From: a virus
Virus record (IMG/VR): IMGVR_UViG_3300045988_060257
Strand: one strand, 5' to 3'
DNA: 40,786 nt
The notes beneath the pieces are model-generated. The model saw nothing but the letters and a program-made list of their open reading frames with translations. It searched no databases and was not told the origin of the DNA. Positions 9,192-17,829 of this stretch are shown in pieces. Numbering within the stretch: the first letter of the stretch is position 1; every line of letters begins with the position of its first letter. The position numbers and the translations under genes were made by a program.

Positions 9192-9555
9192 ACGACAGCT
9201 GCGCCAGCAGATACAGAGCGAACGTGAACGAGCAGCAGCGACAACTAAAGCATTATCCCCCGTTGTGGTGTCTGCTGGCGGTAAAAATAAAATCGAGGAT
9301 GCCGTTTGCAGAATCATGGAGCGTCAAGAAGCTCTATACAAGCAGATTATTGACACCGAGATGCAAAGGGAAGAAATTGAAACCGTAATAAACTCTGTGC
9401 AAGACCAAATGCAGCGGGACGTTTTGCGGGAGCGGTATATTGTCGGCACCCCGTATTGGTGGAAAATTGCGATAAATTTAAATATTTCCGAGCGATGGGC
9501 AAAGAAATTACACCGCGCTGCAATTGAAAATCTGTGCACTCCAGTTCACTTTTAA
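9124..9555 (+). CDS. RinA/DUF1492-like late transcriptional activator (sigma region-4-like)
   Basis: RBS GAAAGGAG. The C-terminus RDVLRERYIVGTPYWWKIAINLNISERWAKKLHRAAIENL is HTH-like. It lies upstream of the packaging genes. Confidence 0.65.
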   Translation: MTREEFNQKKTWLWRYQRSRNHERQLRQQIQSERERAAATTKALSPVVVSAGGKNKIEDAVCRIMERQEALYKQIIDTEMQREEIETVINSVQDQMQRDVLRERYIVGTPYWWKIAINLNISERWAKKLHRAAIENLCTPVHF

Positions 9556-10391
9556 CCTGCTATTATAGATATGCTGGATGATGTAGGAACGGGACAGCCT
9601 ACTGCATAGCTAAAACCTCCTTTCTTTACCATTTTCATTTCTCCTGTTTTCATAGCTGGCAGCCGGGAAAGACCGGCATTTTATATGCTGCATAGCCGGT
9701 TCTATCTGCAAAGAATAAGGGCGCTGCGTTTCGAAGCAACGGCGCGGCAAAGGTGCAAGACCTATGTGCAGTACCAAGGCCGATGATACGGGTAAAGGTA
9801 GCAGGGCCGGACGCGGCAATTGTGTTCCCCGTTAGGCAACCGCCACGAGCCTACTGACAGTGCGTAACATGTGGCGGATTCTGCAATACAGGGTGGCTCT
9901 CTGCCGTGGAAGTCGGCCAACTTTAGCTGAAACATTGCTATGGATTGCCAAGCCAAACAGGTTCATGCCGATATGCCCCGCTAAAGAAACTTGCAGGGCA
10001 GAGCGCATGAGCCTTATATGCCAACATAGCTTAACTGGTAAAGCCGGGCCTCATGACAGCATAGCTGCGGGTTTAGTTGCGGGTTCAAATCCTGCTGTTG
10101 GCGAAAGCTGGGTCGCTCCCACCGGTGAAAGCCCGGCGCAGGCAAAACGCGATAGATAACCTGAACGCCATATCTGCTTGCGCGGACGCCGTTACTGACG
10201 CCGTTGCGCGTTGTGGCCCTTTTTTAATCAAAGCAGAAACCGCGACCAGCGGACGGGATATAAATAACGCTGGATTACGTTGCAGGTGTGCAGCTGCAAC
10301 GGGTGAGACCGGCACAGCATAAACCGGTAGGGCGGGAACGCGCTTTCCTCCGGCGCAAAGGGGTTTTGGGGGATATAAGCTTACACAAATT
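9556..10391 (+). ncRNA. candidate large structured RNA or long structured late-operon leader
   Basis: 836 nt with no credible ORF in an otherwise gap-free genome. GC-rich with many hairpins (e.g. 9662-9677, nested 9964-10009, 10279-10300). An extended -10 TGCTATTAT lies at 9558-9566. Confidence 0.35.
10020..10103 (+). tRNA. tRNA-like element (possible pseudo- or atypical tRNA; CAT triplet in an aberrant anticodon region)
   Basis: Perfect 7-bp acceptor stem GCCAACA/TGTTGGC. D arm GCTT-AACTGGTA-AAGC. T arm GCGGG-TTCAAAT-CCTGC. The 33 nt between them form no canonical anticodon stem. No encoded CCA. Confidence 0.4.
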
Positions 10392-10404
10392 GTGTGGGCT
10401 TTTT
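10380..10404 (+). terminator. weak terminator-like hairpin plus T-run just upstream of terS
   Basis: CTTACAC-AAATT-GTGTGGG (two G-U pairs) followed by CTTTTTG. Confidence 0.25.
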
Positions 10405-10427
10405 GTGTTGTAAAGCGAGGTGATAAA

Positions 10428-10853
10428 GTGGCATCAAGAAAAAATCCGGTGGGCGCACCACCTAAATACAGAAGCGTAAAGGCAATGCAAGAAAAGATTG
10501 ATGCCTACTTTGAAGCCTGTAAAGGAAAGCCGTTTTTAGACGATAACGGCGAACCGATGCGAAATAAAAACGGCTATATCATCTATGACGATAAAAAGCC
10601 GCCTACTGTGACAGGATTGGCGCTTGCACTTGGTTTTGCATCAAGGCAGGCGCTTTTGAATTATCAAAACAAACCAGAGTTCAATGACACGATTACGCGT
10701 GCAAAGGCTCAGTGCGAACAGTACGCCGAAGAAAGATTATACGACAAAGACGGCTCCGGCGGCGCACAGTTCAGTTTGCGGGCAAATTTTGGATGGCAGG
10801 ATAAGCCGGAACAACAGCAGGATAGCGAGGTGCTAATCATAGATGACTTGTAA
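10428..10853 (+). CDS. terS: terminase small subunit
   Basis: GTG 10428 follows GAGGTGA. KNPVGAPPKY...KPPTVTGLALALGFASRQALLNY is typical of gp3-like small terminases. Confidence 0.75.
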   Translation: MASRKNPVGAPPKYRSVKAMQEKIDAYFEACKGKPFLDDNGEPMRNKNGYIIYDDKKPPTVTGLALALGFASRQALLNYQNKPEFNDTITRAKAQCEQYAEERLYDKDGSGGAQFSLRANFGWQDKPEQQQDSEVLIIDDL

Positions 10854-12114
10854 GTTATCTGGCGTTGTTTCCCCTTGCTTCGCCAAAGTCCACCGTGAAA
10901 TCAAGGCGGGCAATGTGAAAGAACTGCTTGCAAAGGGCGGGCGCGGCAGTACCAAATCCAGCTATATCAGCATAGAGCTGATTTTGCAGCTTATCAAGCA
11001 TCCGCAATGCCACGCGGCAGTTTTCCGCAAGGTCGGCAACACACTGCGCACAAGCGTTTATGCGCAAATCGTCTGGGCAATAAATGAGTTGGGCTTGCAC
11101 GACCATTTCCGATGCACGGTCAGCCCGATGGAATGCACCTATTTGCCGACCGGGCAAAAGGTGCTTTTTTTCGGCGTAGATGACCCCGGCAAGGTAAAGT
11201 CAATCAAAGTGCCGTTTGGCTATATCGGCATCTGCTGGTTTGAAGAACTTGACCAGTTTGACGGTGAAGAGCAAATCCGAAACGTTGAGCAGTCCTGCCT
11301 ACGCGGTGGCGACTGGTTTTTAACGTTTAAGAGTTTCAACCCTCCTGCGATGGCGCGGAACTGGGCAAATGGCTACGCGCTGAAAGCCCGCGAAGGCAAG
11401 CTGGTACATCATTCCACCTACAAAACAACGCCCGCAGAATGGCTCGGAGAGCGGTTCCTGGCCGATGCTGAATACTTGGAGCGCACAAACGAAACAGCAT
11501 ACCGGCATGAGTATCTTGGCGAGGTTGTCGGCAGTGGCACGGCAGTGTTCGAGAATCTGCGCATTGAGAAAATAACCGATGAACAGATTGCCAGCTTTGA
11601 CCGCATCAAGCGCGGCGTGGACTGGGGCTGGTACCCTGACCCTTGGGCATACAATGCTATGCACTATGACGCGGCACGGCGAACACTGTACATCTTTGAT
11701 GAAATGACACGGCGCAGAACCAGCAACAGGGATACTGCACAGCTGCTTTTGGATAGAGGGCTGACGCGCGAGGACAAAGTCTGCGCGGATAGTGCTGAGC
11801 CGAAATCCATTGCGGACTACAACAAGTACGGCGTGAAAACATTCCCTGCCCGTAAAGGACCGAAATCGGTTCGCTATGGAACAAAGTGGTTGCAAATGCT
11901 GGAAGCGATTGTCATTGATCCAGAACGATGCCCGGACACAGCAAAGGAATTCAGCGAGTACGAGTACGAGCGAGACAGCAAGACGGGGGAAGTGCTGGAA
12001 GGCTACCCGGATTTGAACAACCATCACATTGACGCAGTGCGTTATGGGATGGAAAGCACAGCGAACAAAGCCGGAGACAATACGGCAATGAAGTATCAAA
12101 GCATTTACAGATAG
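10843..12114 (+). CDS. terL: terminase large subunit (PBSX-type)
   Basis: Walker A-like KGGRGSTKSS. Size and position fit terL. Confidence 0.85.
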   Translation: MTCKLSGVVSPCFAKVHREIKAGNVKELLAKGGRGSTKSSYISIELILQLIKHPQCHAAVFRKVGNTLRTSVYAQIVWAINELGLHDHFRCTVSPMECTYLPTGQKVLFFGVDDPGKVKSIKVPFGYIGICWFEELDQFDGEEQIRNVEQSCLRGGDWFLTFKSFNPPAMARNWANGYALKAREGKLVHHSTYKTTPAEWLGERFLADAEYLERTNETAYRHEYLGEVVGSGTAVFENLRIEKITDEQIASFDRIKRGVDWGWYPDPWAYNAMHYDAARRTLYIFDEMTRRRTSNRDTAQLLLDRGLTREDKVCADSAEPKSIADYNKYGVKTFPARKGPKSVRYGTKWLQMLEAIVIDPERCPDTAKEFSEYEYERDSKTGEVLEGYPDLNNHHIDAVRYGMESTANKAGDNTAMKYQSIYR

Positions 12115-12148
12115 GCGGTGAGGGAAAATCAGAACATATCAAGACTTT

Positions 12149-13528
12149 GTGGCGGTCGGTGAAGATGAACGTTCCCGCATGGGGTTTGTGTTTGACACCA
12201 TCAACGATTTTAAAGGCCAGAAAAAGACGCGGGACATGCTGGATGCAAAGCTGTACTATTGGGGCGAAAATCCCACAATCAACCGCTACGAAAAAATGGT
12301 GTACGACCTTGAAGGGAAAGCGCATCCCGATATGTACACAGCAAACCACAAGATTGCCAGCAAGTTTTTTGGATTTGTTGTAGACCAGGAAGTTTCTTAC
12401 CTGCTGGGCAACGGCGTTGCGTTTAACAAGGACGCCACAAAAAAGGCGCTTGGCGCCACGTTTGATGAAGATATTATGGATGCTGCCCGCCATGCGTTGA
12501 TTGGTGGGCAGTCTTTCGTATTCTGGAATCTTGACCATATTCAGGTGTTCGCGCCGGAGCAGTTTGTGCCGTTATACGATGAAGAAGACGGCGCGCTAAA
12601 AGCTGGAATCAGGTTCTGGCAGATTGACCCGGACAAGCCGCTGCGGGCAACTCTGTACGAGATGGACGGTTACACTAACTACATCAAGCCGCGCAACGGT
12701 GAAGTGCGCAGTTTGAACGGGAAACTGCCGTACAAGCTGAAAGTGCGGTACTCGGAGATTGACGGCACAGAGATTTATGACGGCGAGAATTATCCCGGAT
12801 TTCCCATTATCCCGCTGAAAAACGGTGAACAAGCAAGAAGCGAACTTTGCGGCAGGAAAAACACCGTTGACGCGCTCGACCTTGCCAGCAGCAACATGGT
12901 AAACAATGTAGATGAGGGCAATCTTATCTATTGGGTATTGACGAACTGCGGCGGCATGGATGAAATTGACGATGCAAAGTTTGTGGAGCGGCTTAAAACT
13001 ACCCACGTTGCCCATGCAGATGGTGACGAAGGAGCGAAAGCAACACCGCAAAGTATTGAAGCGCCGTTTCAGGGCACGCAAGCCACCATTGACATGCTGA
13101 CCAAAAAGCTGTACACGGATTTCCAGGCGTTTGACGCATCTGCCGTAAGCGCTGGAAACCAGACGGCAACAGCTATTAAGGCAAGCTATGTTCCGCTAGA
13201 TTTGAAAACAGACAAATTTGAGAGCTGGGTCTCGCGCTGCATCAAGGGCATTCTGGCAATTGCTGGGCTTGATGATGAACCAACTTACACGCGCAACCAG
13301 ATTATCAATAAGCAGGAAGAAGCGCAGACTGTGCTGCTCGGCGCAGAATACTACGACGCTGAGTACACAACTAGAAAACTTTTGACCATTAACGGTGATG
13401 CAGACCAGTACGAGGATTTGATGCGGCGAAAGGCAGCGGAAGAGCTAGACCGTACAATTACTAACCAACCACCTAACGAGCCACAGAACCAGCCGGGAGA
13501 AGGAATGAACGGCAATGGCGAAACCTGA
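12149..13528 (+). CDS. portal protein (start uncertain: GTG 12149 or ATG 12179)
   Basis: 459-aa ORF directly after terL with an SPP1-type portal-like N-terminus (LYYWGENPTI). Confidence 0.75.
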   Translation: MAVGEDERSRMGFVFDTINDFKGQKKTRDMLDAKLYYWGENPTINRYEKMVYDLEGKAHPDMYTANHKIASKFFGFVVDQEVSYLLGNGVAFNKDATKKALGATFDEDIMDAARHALIGGQSFVFWNLDHIQVFAPEQFVPLYDEEDGALKAGIRFWQIDPDKPLRATLYEMDGYTNYIKPRNGEVRSLNGKLPYKLKVRYSEIDGTEIYDGENYPGFPIIPLKNGEQARSELCGRKNTVDALDLASSNMVNNVDEGNLIYWVLTNCGGMDEIDDAKFVERLKTTHVAHADGDEGAKATPQSIEAPFQGTQATIDMLTKKLYTDFQAFDASAVSAGNQTATAIKASYVPLDLKTDKFESWVSRCIKGILAIAGLDDEPTYTRNQIINKQEEAQTVLLGAEYYDAEYTTRKLLTINGDADQYEDLMRRKAAEELDRTITNQPPNEPQNQPGEGMNGNGET

Positions 13529-15245
13529 TTATGCTCACAAAATGACAGATGCCGAGCTTTCCAAGCTGGAACGGCGCATCGCAAAGCTGTACAAAGAAGC
13601 TGCTGACGAATTGACCGACACGGTGAAAGCCTATTTTGAGCAGTTCGAGAAGCGTGATGCAGCCATGAAAGAAAAGCTCGATGCAGGCGAAATCACCGAA
13701 CAGCAGTACAAGCAATGGCGGCTTGCGCAGATAGGGCGTGGCAAGCGTTTTGAAGCCCTGCGCGATAAAGTGGCAGAAAGATACACCGATGCCAATGCAA
13801 CGGCTGTGGCATACGTCAACGACGCCACGCCGGGCATTTACAGCTTGAATCGCAATTATGCTGCTTACAAAATCGAGCAGGTTTCCGACAAAGCAGATTT
13901 TACGCTGTGGGATGAGCAGACCGTTAAACGTCTGATTGTTGAACAGCCAGACTTGATGCCGTACTACCCGCCAAAGCGGGCATTGCGGCACGGAATTGAC
14001 CTGAAATACGGCAAGCAACAGATTACCGCCAGCGTGACAAGCTCCATCCTGCAAGGCAAAAGCATACCGAAAATCGCCAACGATTTACAAAGCCGTATGC
14101 AGGATATGAACCGCACAAGCGCTATCCGAACCGCTAGAACGGCGGTTACAGCAGCGCAGAACGCCGGTAGAATGGACGCATACACAGCAGCAAAGAAGAT
14201 GGGCATACACGTGCGGAAACAATGGCTTGCAACGCTGGATAACCGCACCAGACACGCACATGCAATGCTTGACGGCCAGACAGTAGACGTTGACAAGCCG
14301 TTTAAAGTTGACGGTTACGAGCTTATGTATCCGGGAGACAGTTCCGCACCGGGTTATCTCGTGTACAATTGCCGATGCACCCAGATTTCGGAGGTTGACG
14401 GCGAGGATACAAGCAGCGGCGGCAGACGCGCCAGAGACCCCGAAACGGGGGAATCTGTGCTTGTAAAAGATATGACCTATGCGGAATGGGCGGGGTGGAA
14501 GAAAGCCAAACCGCCTGACGTGCTGGATATTTCCACGATGGCAGAAGCAAAAGATGCGTTGCTGAACAAAATCGGATTTAACATGGTTGAAGATTCGTTT
14601 ATCAGAAACGTGGATGAACGACTTGCGGTAGAAAATACAAAACGGCTTTATGCGCTTGAACAGAAATTCGGAGCGGTAGGCAAGTCTACAGGTTCCATTT
14701 GTTCTGTGTCAAGCGGCAAAGACACGGTTGCTTATGTAAGAGGTACACTGAAAGACCCTACAAATCAAAACTTGTCTTTGTGCCCCGGTGCCTACCATAG
14801 TTACAAAGATATGGTATCCACAACATTAGGTGAAATTGAAAGAGGCTGGGCAATGCCAGCACAAAAAGAAAATGCCGCAATTTATAACGTTACCCATGAG
14901 TATGGGCATATGCTTGAGAATACTATCATTAAAAAGGCAATGGAAGAATACGGTCTAGATAAGCTGGAGAAATCCATTGATTACACAAAAAAGACTCCAA
15001 AGGCAATATTTAAGCAGTATTATAAGATACAAAGCGAAACTGAGAAAAAATGTTGTGCAGAAATACTTGACATTGCCAAAGAAACGAATGTAAACTTTAG
15101 GTTAAGCGATAACTTGTCACGCTATGGAAAAACAAATTATGCAGAGTTTTTTGCAGAGGTTTTCGCAAATAGCCAACTTGGCGCGCCAAATGAGCTTGGC
15201 AAGGCCATGTTAATTTGGCTTGAAAGGAAGGGGCTTGTAAAATGA
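13515..15245 (+). CDS. MuF/SPP1 gp7-like head morphogenesis protein fused to a C-terminal HExxH zincin domain
   Basis: The N-terminal two thirds are MuF-like (NRTRHAHAMLDGQ, YNCRC). The C-terminus carries HEYGH (14895-14909) and a downstream YAEFFAEVFA, and is AT-rich. Confidence 0.7.
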   Translation: MAKPDYAHKMTDAELSKLERRIAKLYKEAADELTDTVKAYFEQFEKRDAAMKEKLDAGEITEQQYKQWRLAQIGRGKRFEALRDKVAERYTDANATAVAYVNDATPGIYSLNRNYAAYKIEQVSDKADFTLWDEQTVKRLIVEQPDLMPYYPPKRALRHGIDLKYGKQQITASVTSSILQGKSIPKIANDLQSRMQDMNRTSAIRTARTAVTAAQNAGRMDAYTAAKKMGIHVRKQWLATLDNRTRHAHAMLDGQTVDVDKPFKVDGYELMYPGDSSAPGYLVYNCRCTQISEVDGEDTSSGGRRARDPETGESVLVKDMTYAEWAGWKKAKPPDVLDISTMAEAKDALLNKIGFNMVEDSFIRNVDERLAVENTKRLYALEQKFGAVGKSTGSICSVSSGKDTVAYVRGTLKDPTNQNLSLCPGAYHSYKDMVSTTLGEIERGWAMPAQKENAAIYNVTHEYGHMLENTIIKKAMEEYGLDKLEKSIDYTKKTPKAIFKQYYKIQSETEKKCCAEILDIAKETNVNFRLSDNLSRYGKTNYAEFFAEVFANSQLGAPNELGKAMLIWLERKGLVK

Positions 15246-15415
15246 AAACCGAACCATATTTTATGAGAAATAAGGATTGGTACTATTTCGATGAATCGGA
15301 ATTTTGTTACAAACTGACAAAAAAAGCACCTACTAAAGCCGTACAGTCTTACAATGAATTTTACAAAGATGAAATCGTTAAAGACAAGAACGGTGAAGCG
15401 AGAATTGAGCGATGA
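15242..15415 (+). CDS. hypothetical small protein (57 aa)
   Basis: ATGA overlap with the MuF stop. AT-rich. The stop lies inside the 17-bp direct repeat. Confidence 0.45.
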   Translation: MKTEPYFMRNKDWYYFDESEFCYKLTKKAPTKAVQSYNEFYKDEIVKDKNGEARIER

Positions 15416-15426
15416 AAATCACACTT
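15410..15426 (+). repeat. left copy of 17-bp direct repeat CGATGAAAATCACACTT
   Basis: Identical to 15654-15670. Contains ATG AAA ATC ACA CTT, i.e. a duplicated start of the gp10-like gene. Confidence 0.9.
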
Positions 15427-15447
15427 AAAAAGTAGGAGGTAAGAGCC

Positions 15448-15672
15448 ATGAACCCAATAAAAAGATTTTTAGGGGATACATCAAGTGAAAAGTTTACAGC
15501 TTACGACACAGCTGATGAAGCAAAAAAGCACATATCTATGTTCGGATATGATGATGTAATTATTACAGAAGATGACATCAAAAATCTTCGAACTGGGAAA
15601 ACGCTGGTATGCCATATTATGGATGAATATAGCGTTGTTATGCGCTTAGAAAACGATGAAAATCACACTTGA
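15448..15672 (+). CDS. hypothetical protein carried on an inserted 244-bp cassette
   Basis: Its own strong RBS AGGAGGT (15433-15439). AT-rich. The last codons lie in the right repeat copy. Confidence 0.55.
   Translation: MNPIKRFLGDTSSEKFTAYDTADEAKKHISMFGYDDVIITEDDIKNLRTGKTLVCHIMDEYSVVMRLENDENHT
15654..15670 (+). repeat. right copy of 17-bp direct repeat CGATGAAAATCACACTT
   Basis: Identical to 15410-15426. Confidence 0.9.
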
Positions 15673-16054
15673 AGACCACAGCGATGAGGTATTGGAAGCG
15701 CTGGAATCCGCTTGCCAGCGGGCGTTGGAAAAATGCGGGCTTGTGGGCGATGGGTACGCAAAAAAGCTGTGCCCCGTCGACACAGGCAACCTGCGCAACA
15801 GCATTACACATACGGTCAGTGACAGCGAAAAAGCCGCGTACATCGGCACAAACAGCGAGTATGCGGTTTATGTGGAATGCGGTACTGGTATTTACTATCC
15901 GGGTGGCAGACAAACGCCGTGGGTGTACCAAGATGCAAAAGGCAATTGGCATTTGACGCACGGCCAACGGGCAAAGCCTTTTATCAAGCCTGCCGTTGCC
16001 GAGCACGGCGAACAGTACAAAAGAATCATCGAAGCAGAGCTGAAAGGCAAATAA
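15656..16054 (+). CDS. HK97 gp10-family neck/tail-completion protein
   Basis: AKKLCPVDTGNLRNSI...YAVYVECGTG...KPFIKPA motif pattern. Confidence 0.7.
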   Translation: MKITLEDHSDEVLEALESACQRALEKCGLVGDGYAKKLCPVDTGNLRNSITHTVSDSEKAAYIGTNSEYAVYVECGTGIYYPGGRQTPWVYQDAKGNWHLTHGQRAKPFIKPAVAEHGEQYKRIIEAELKGK

Positions 16055-16074
16055 GCCTCTCGGCTCTTTTTATT

Positions 16075-16109
16075 AGCATCTACCGCACTTGCGGCAGGTG
16101 CTATTTTTA
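16075..16109 (+). terminator. intrinsic terminator candidate
   Basis: The AGCATCTACCGC-ACTT-GCGGCAGGTGCT hairpin is followed by ATTTTTAT. A second hairpin AAAACGGC..GCCGTTTT lies at 16116-16139. Confidence 0.5.
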
Positions 16110-16191
16110 TACGCAAAAACGGCGAAGAACTGCCGTTTTGAATAAATGCTAATGCCGAAGGACCGGCACCGAAGAAAAGGAGCAAAACAAC

Positions 16192-16812
16192 ATGGCAATT
16201 ACCCGCAAGCTGCTTAAAGGTATGGGGCTGACCGAAGAGCAGCAGGACACCATTATTGAAGCCCACACTGACACCGTAAACGGTTTGAAAGCGGACGTTG
16301 ACCGCTATAAAGCCGATGCGGAAAAACTTCCCGGCGTTCAAAAGGAACTGGACGACCTGAAAGGAAAGGGCGATGACGGTTACAAGGAAAAGTATGAATC
16401 CGAGCACAAGGCTTTTGAGGATTACAAAACAAGCGTGGCCGCCGAAAAGACTACCGCTGCCAAAGAAAAGGCATTGGAGACCGCCCTAAAGAAAATCGGC
16501 ATTGCCGACAAGCGAATTGCCACTGTTGCCAAGATGGCAAAGGCAGATGGTTTTCTGGATGCTTTGGAGCTGGACGAAAACGGCGCGGCGAAAGACGCTG
16601 CAAAGTTTGAAACCAGCTTGAAAGACGGTTACGGCGAATTTGTTGTAACTACCAGCACCCAAGGCGCAACCACACCGAACCCGCCCTCCAACAATGGCGG
16701 CAGTGGTATTACGGCAGAAGCCTTTAAAAAGATGGGCTATGCCGAACGACTGAAACTCAAGAAAGAAAGCCCGGAGCAGTATTCCGAGCTTGCAAACAGC
16801 AAAGGAGATTAA
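16192..16812 (+). CDS. scaffolding protein
   Basis: LLKGMGLTEEQQDTIIEAHTDTVNGLKADVDRYK is typical of GP20-like scaffolds. It sits directly upstream of the capsid gene. Confidence 0.8.
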   Translation: MAITRKLLKGMGLTEEQQDTIIEAHTDTVNGLKADVDRYKADAEKLPGVQKELDDLKGKGDDGYKEKYESEHKAFEDYKTSVAAEKTTAAKEKALETALKKIGIADKRIATVAKMAKADGFLDALELDENGAAKDAAKFETSLKDGYGEFVVTTSTQGATTPNPPSNNGGSGITAEAFKKMGYAERLKLKKESPEQYSELANSKGD

Positions 16813-16815
16813 CAC

Positions 16816-17814
16816 ATGGCAGATACTATTTTGACCAAGCTTGCAGACCTGATCGACCCGGAAGTCATGGCCGATATGATTTCGGCTAAAATCCCTGACA
16901 AAATCCGCGTGGCACCTTTTGCAAAAATGGATGACACCCTTGCTGGCGTGCCCGGCGATACCATCACTGTGCCGTCTTACGGTTACATTGGTGACGCAGA
17001 GGACGTTGCAGAGGGCGTTGACGTTGACATCGACAAAATGAGCACCAAGGACAAGAAGTACAAGATCAAGAAGGCCATGAAGGGCGTTGGCCTGACCGAT
17101 GAAGCTGTGCTGTCCGGCTACGGCAACCCTGTTGGCGAAGCCAATGCGCAGCTGGCGCTGTCTATCGCTGCTAAAATCGACAATGACTGCATGGAAGCCT
17201 TGCAGGGCGCTACGCTGGTGTATGACGGCACTGCCGCCGCTATCAAATACAGCGGCGTTGTGGACGCTATCGACGTGTTCAACGAGGAGATCAACAGCGA
17301 CAAGGTCATGTTTATCAACCCCAAGCAGATGGCGACACTGCGCAAGGATGCTGATTTTATCAGCGCTGACAAGTATCAGGCTGGCGTTGCTGTCACCGGC
17401 GAAATCGGCAAGATTGCCAACACCCGCGTTGTAGCATCCCGAAAGGTTCCTTCTATCGAGTATGAGAAGGACAACAGCACCGGCACCATTGAGATTGTCG
17501 CTGATACTACCGCCGAAACCTCCACCAAAAAGCATCTGGCGACCATCCAGCCGCATTGCGCTACTGCACTGATTGTCGGTGATAAGGTCAAGGCCGCTGC
17601 TGCCGCCTACTACGCTTGCCCCATCGTCAAGCTGAACGAGGACAGCGAGACCGAGGACGATGTGCCAGCCCTGACCATCTACCGCAAGCGCAATATCAAC
17701 GTGGAGACCGAGCGCAAGCCGCGTAACCGCTCCACCGAGATCACTGCTGACGAGTTCTACGTTGCGGCGCTGACCAACGAAGCCAAAGTCGTGCTGGCAA
17801 AGTTCAAAAAGTAA
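16816..17814 (+). CDS. major capsid protein (N4-gp56-type)
   Basis: 332 aa. The N-terminus TILTKLADLIDPEVMADMISAKIP... and the position after the scaffold fit this type. Confidence 0.8.
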   Translation: MADTILTKLADLIDPEVMADMISAKIPDKIRVAPFAKMDDTLAGVPGDTITVPSYGYIGDAEDVAEGVDVDIDKMSTKDKKYKIKKAMKGVGLTDEAVLSGYGNPVGEANAQLALSIAAKIDNDCMEALQGATLVYDGTAAAIKYSGVVDAIDVFNEEINSDKVMFINPKQMATLRKDADFISADKYQAGVAVTGEIGKIANTRVVASRKVPSIEYEKDNSTGTIEIVADTTAETSTKKHLATIQPHCATALIVGDKVKAAAAAYYACPIVKLNEDSETEDDVPALTIYRKRNINVETERKPRNRSTEITADEFYVAALTNEAKVVLAKFKK

Positions 17815-17829
17815 TAAGGAGGCAGCGAA

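Noticed and set aside
10046-10078. Reading the tRNA-like element as a suppressor or selenocysteine tRNA, because a TCA triplet lies within CCTCATG.
   Set aside because: With TCA as the anticodon, position 33 would be C rather than U. There is no 8/5 or 9/4 acceptor/T geometry. The genome uses TGA, TAA and TAG as ordinary stops.
9860-10159. 99-aa + strand ORF in the large non-coding region.
   Set aside because: It has no RBS, runs straight through the tRNA-like element, and its translation is Arg/Cys/Ala-rich noise.
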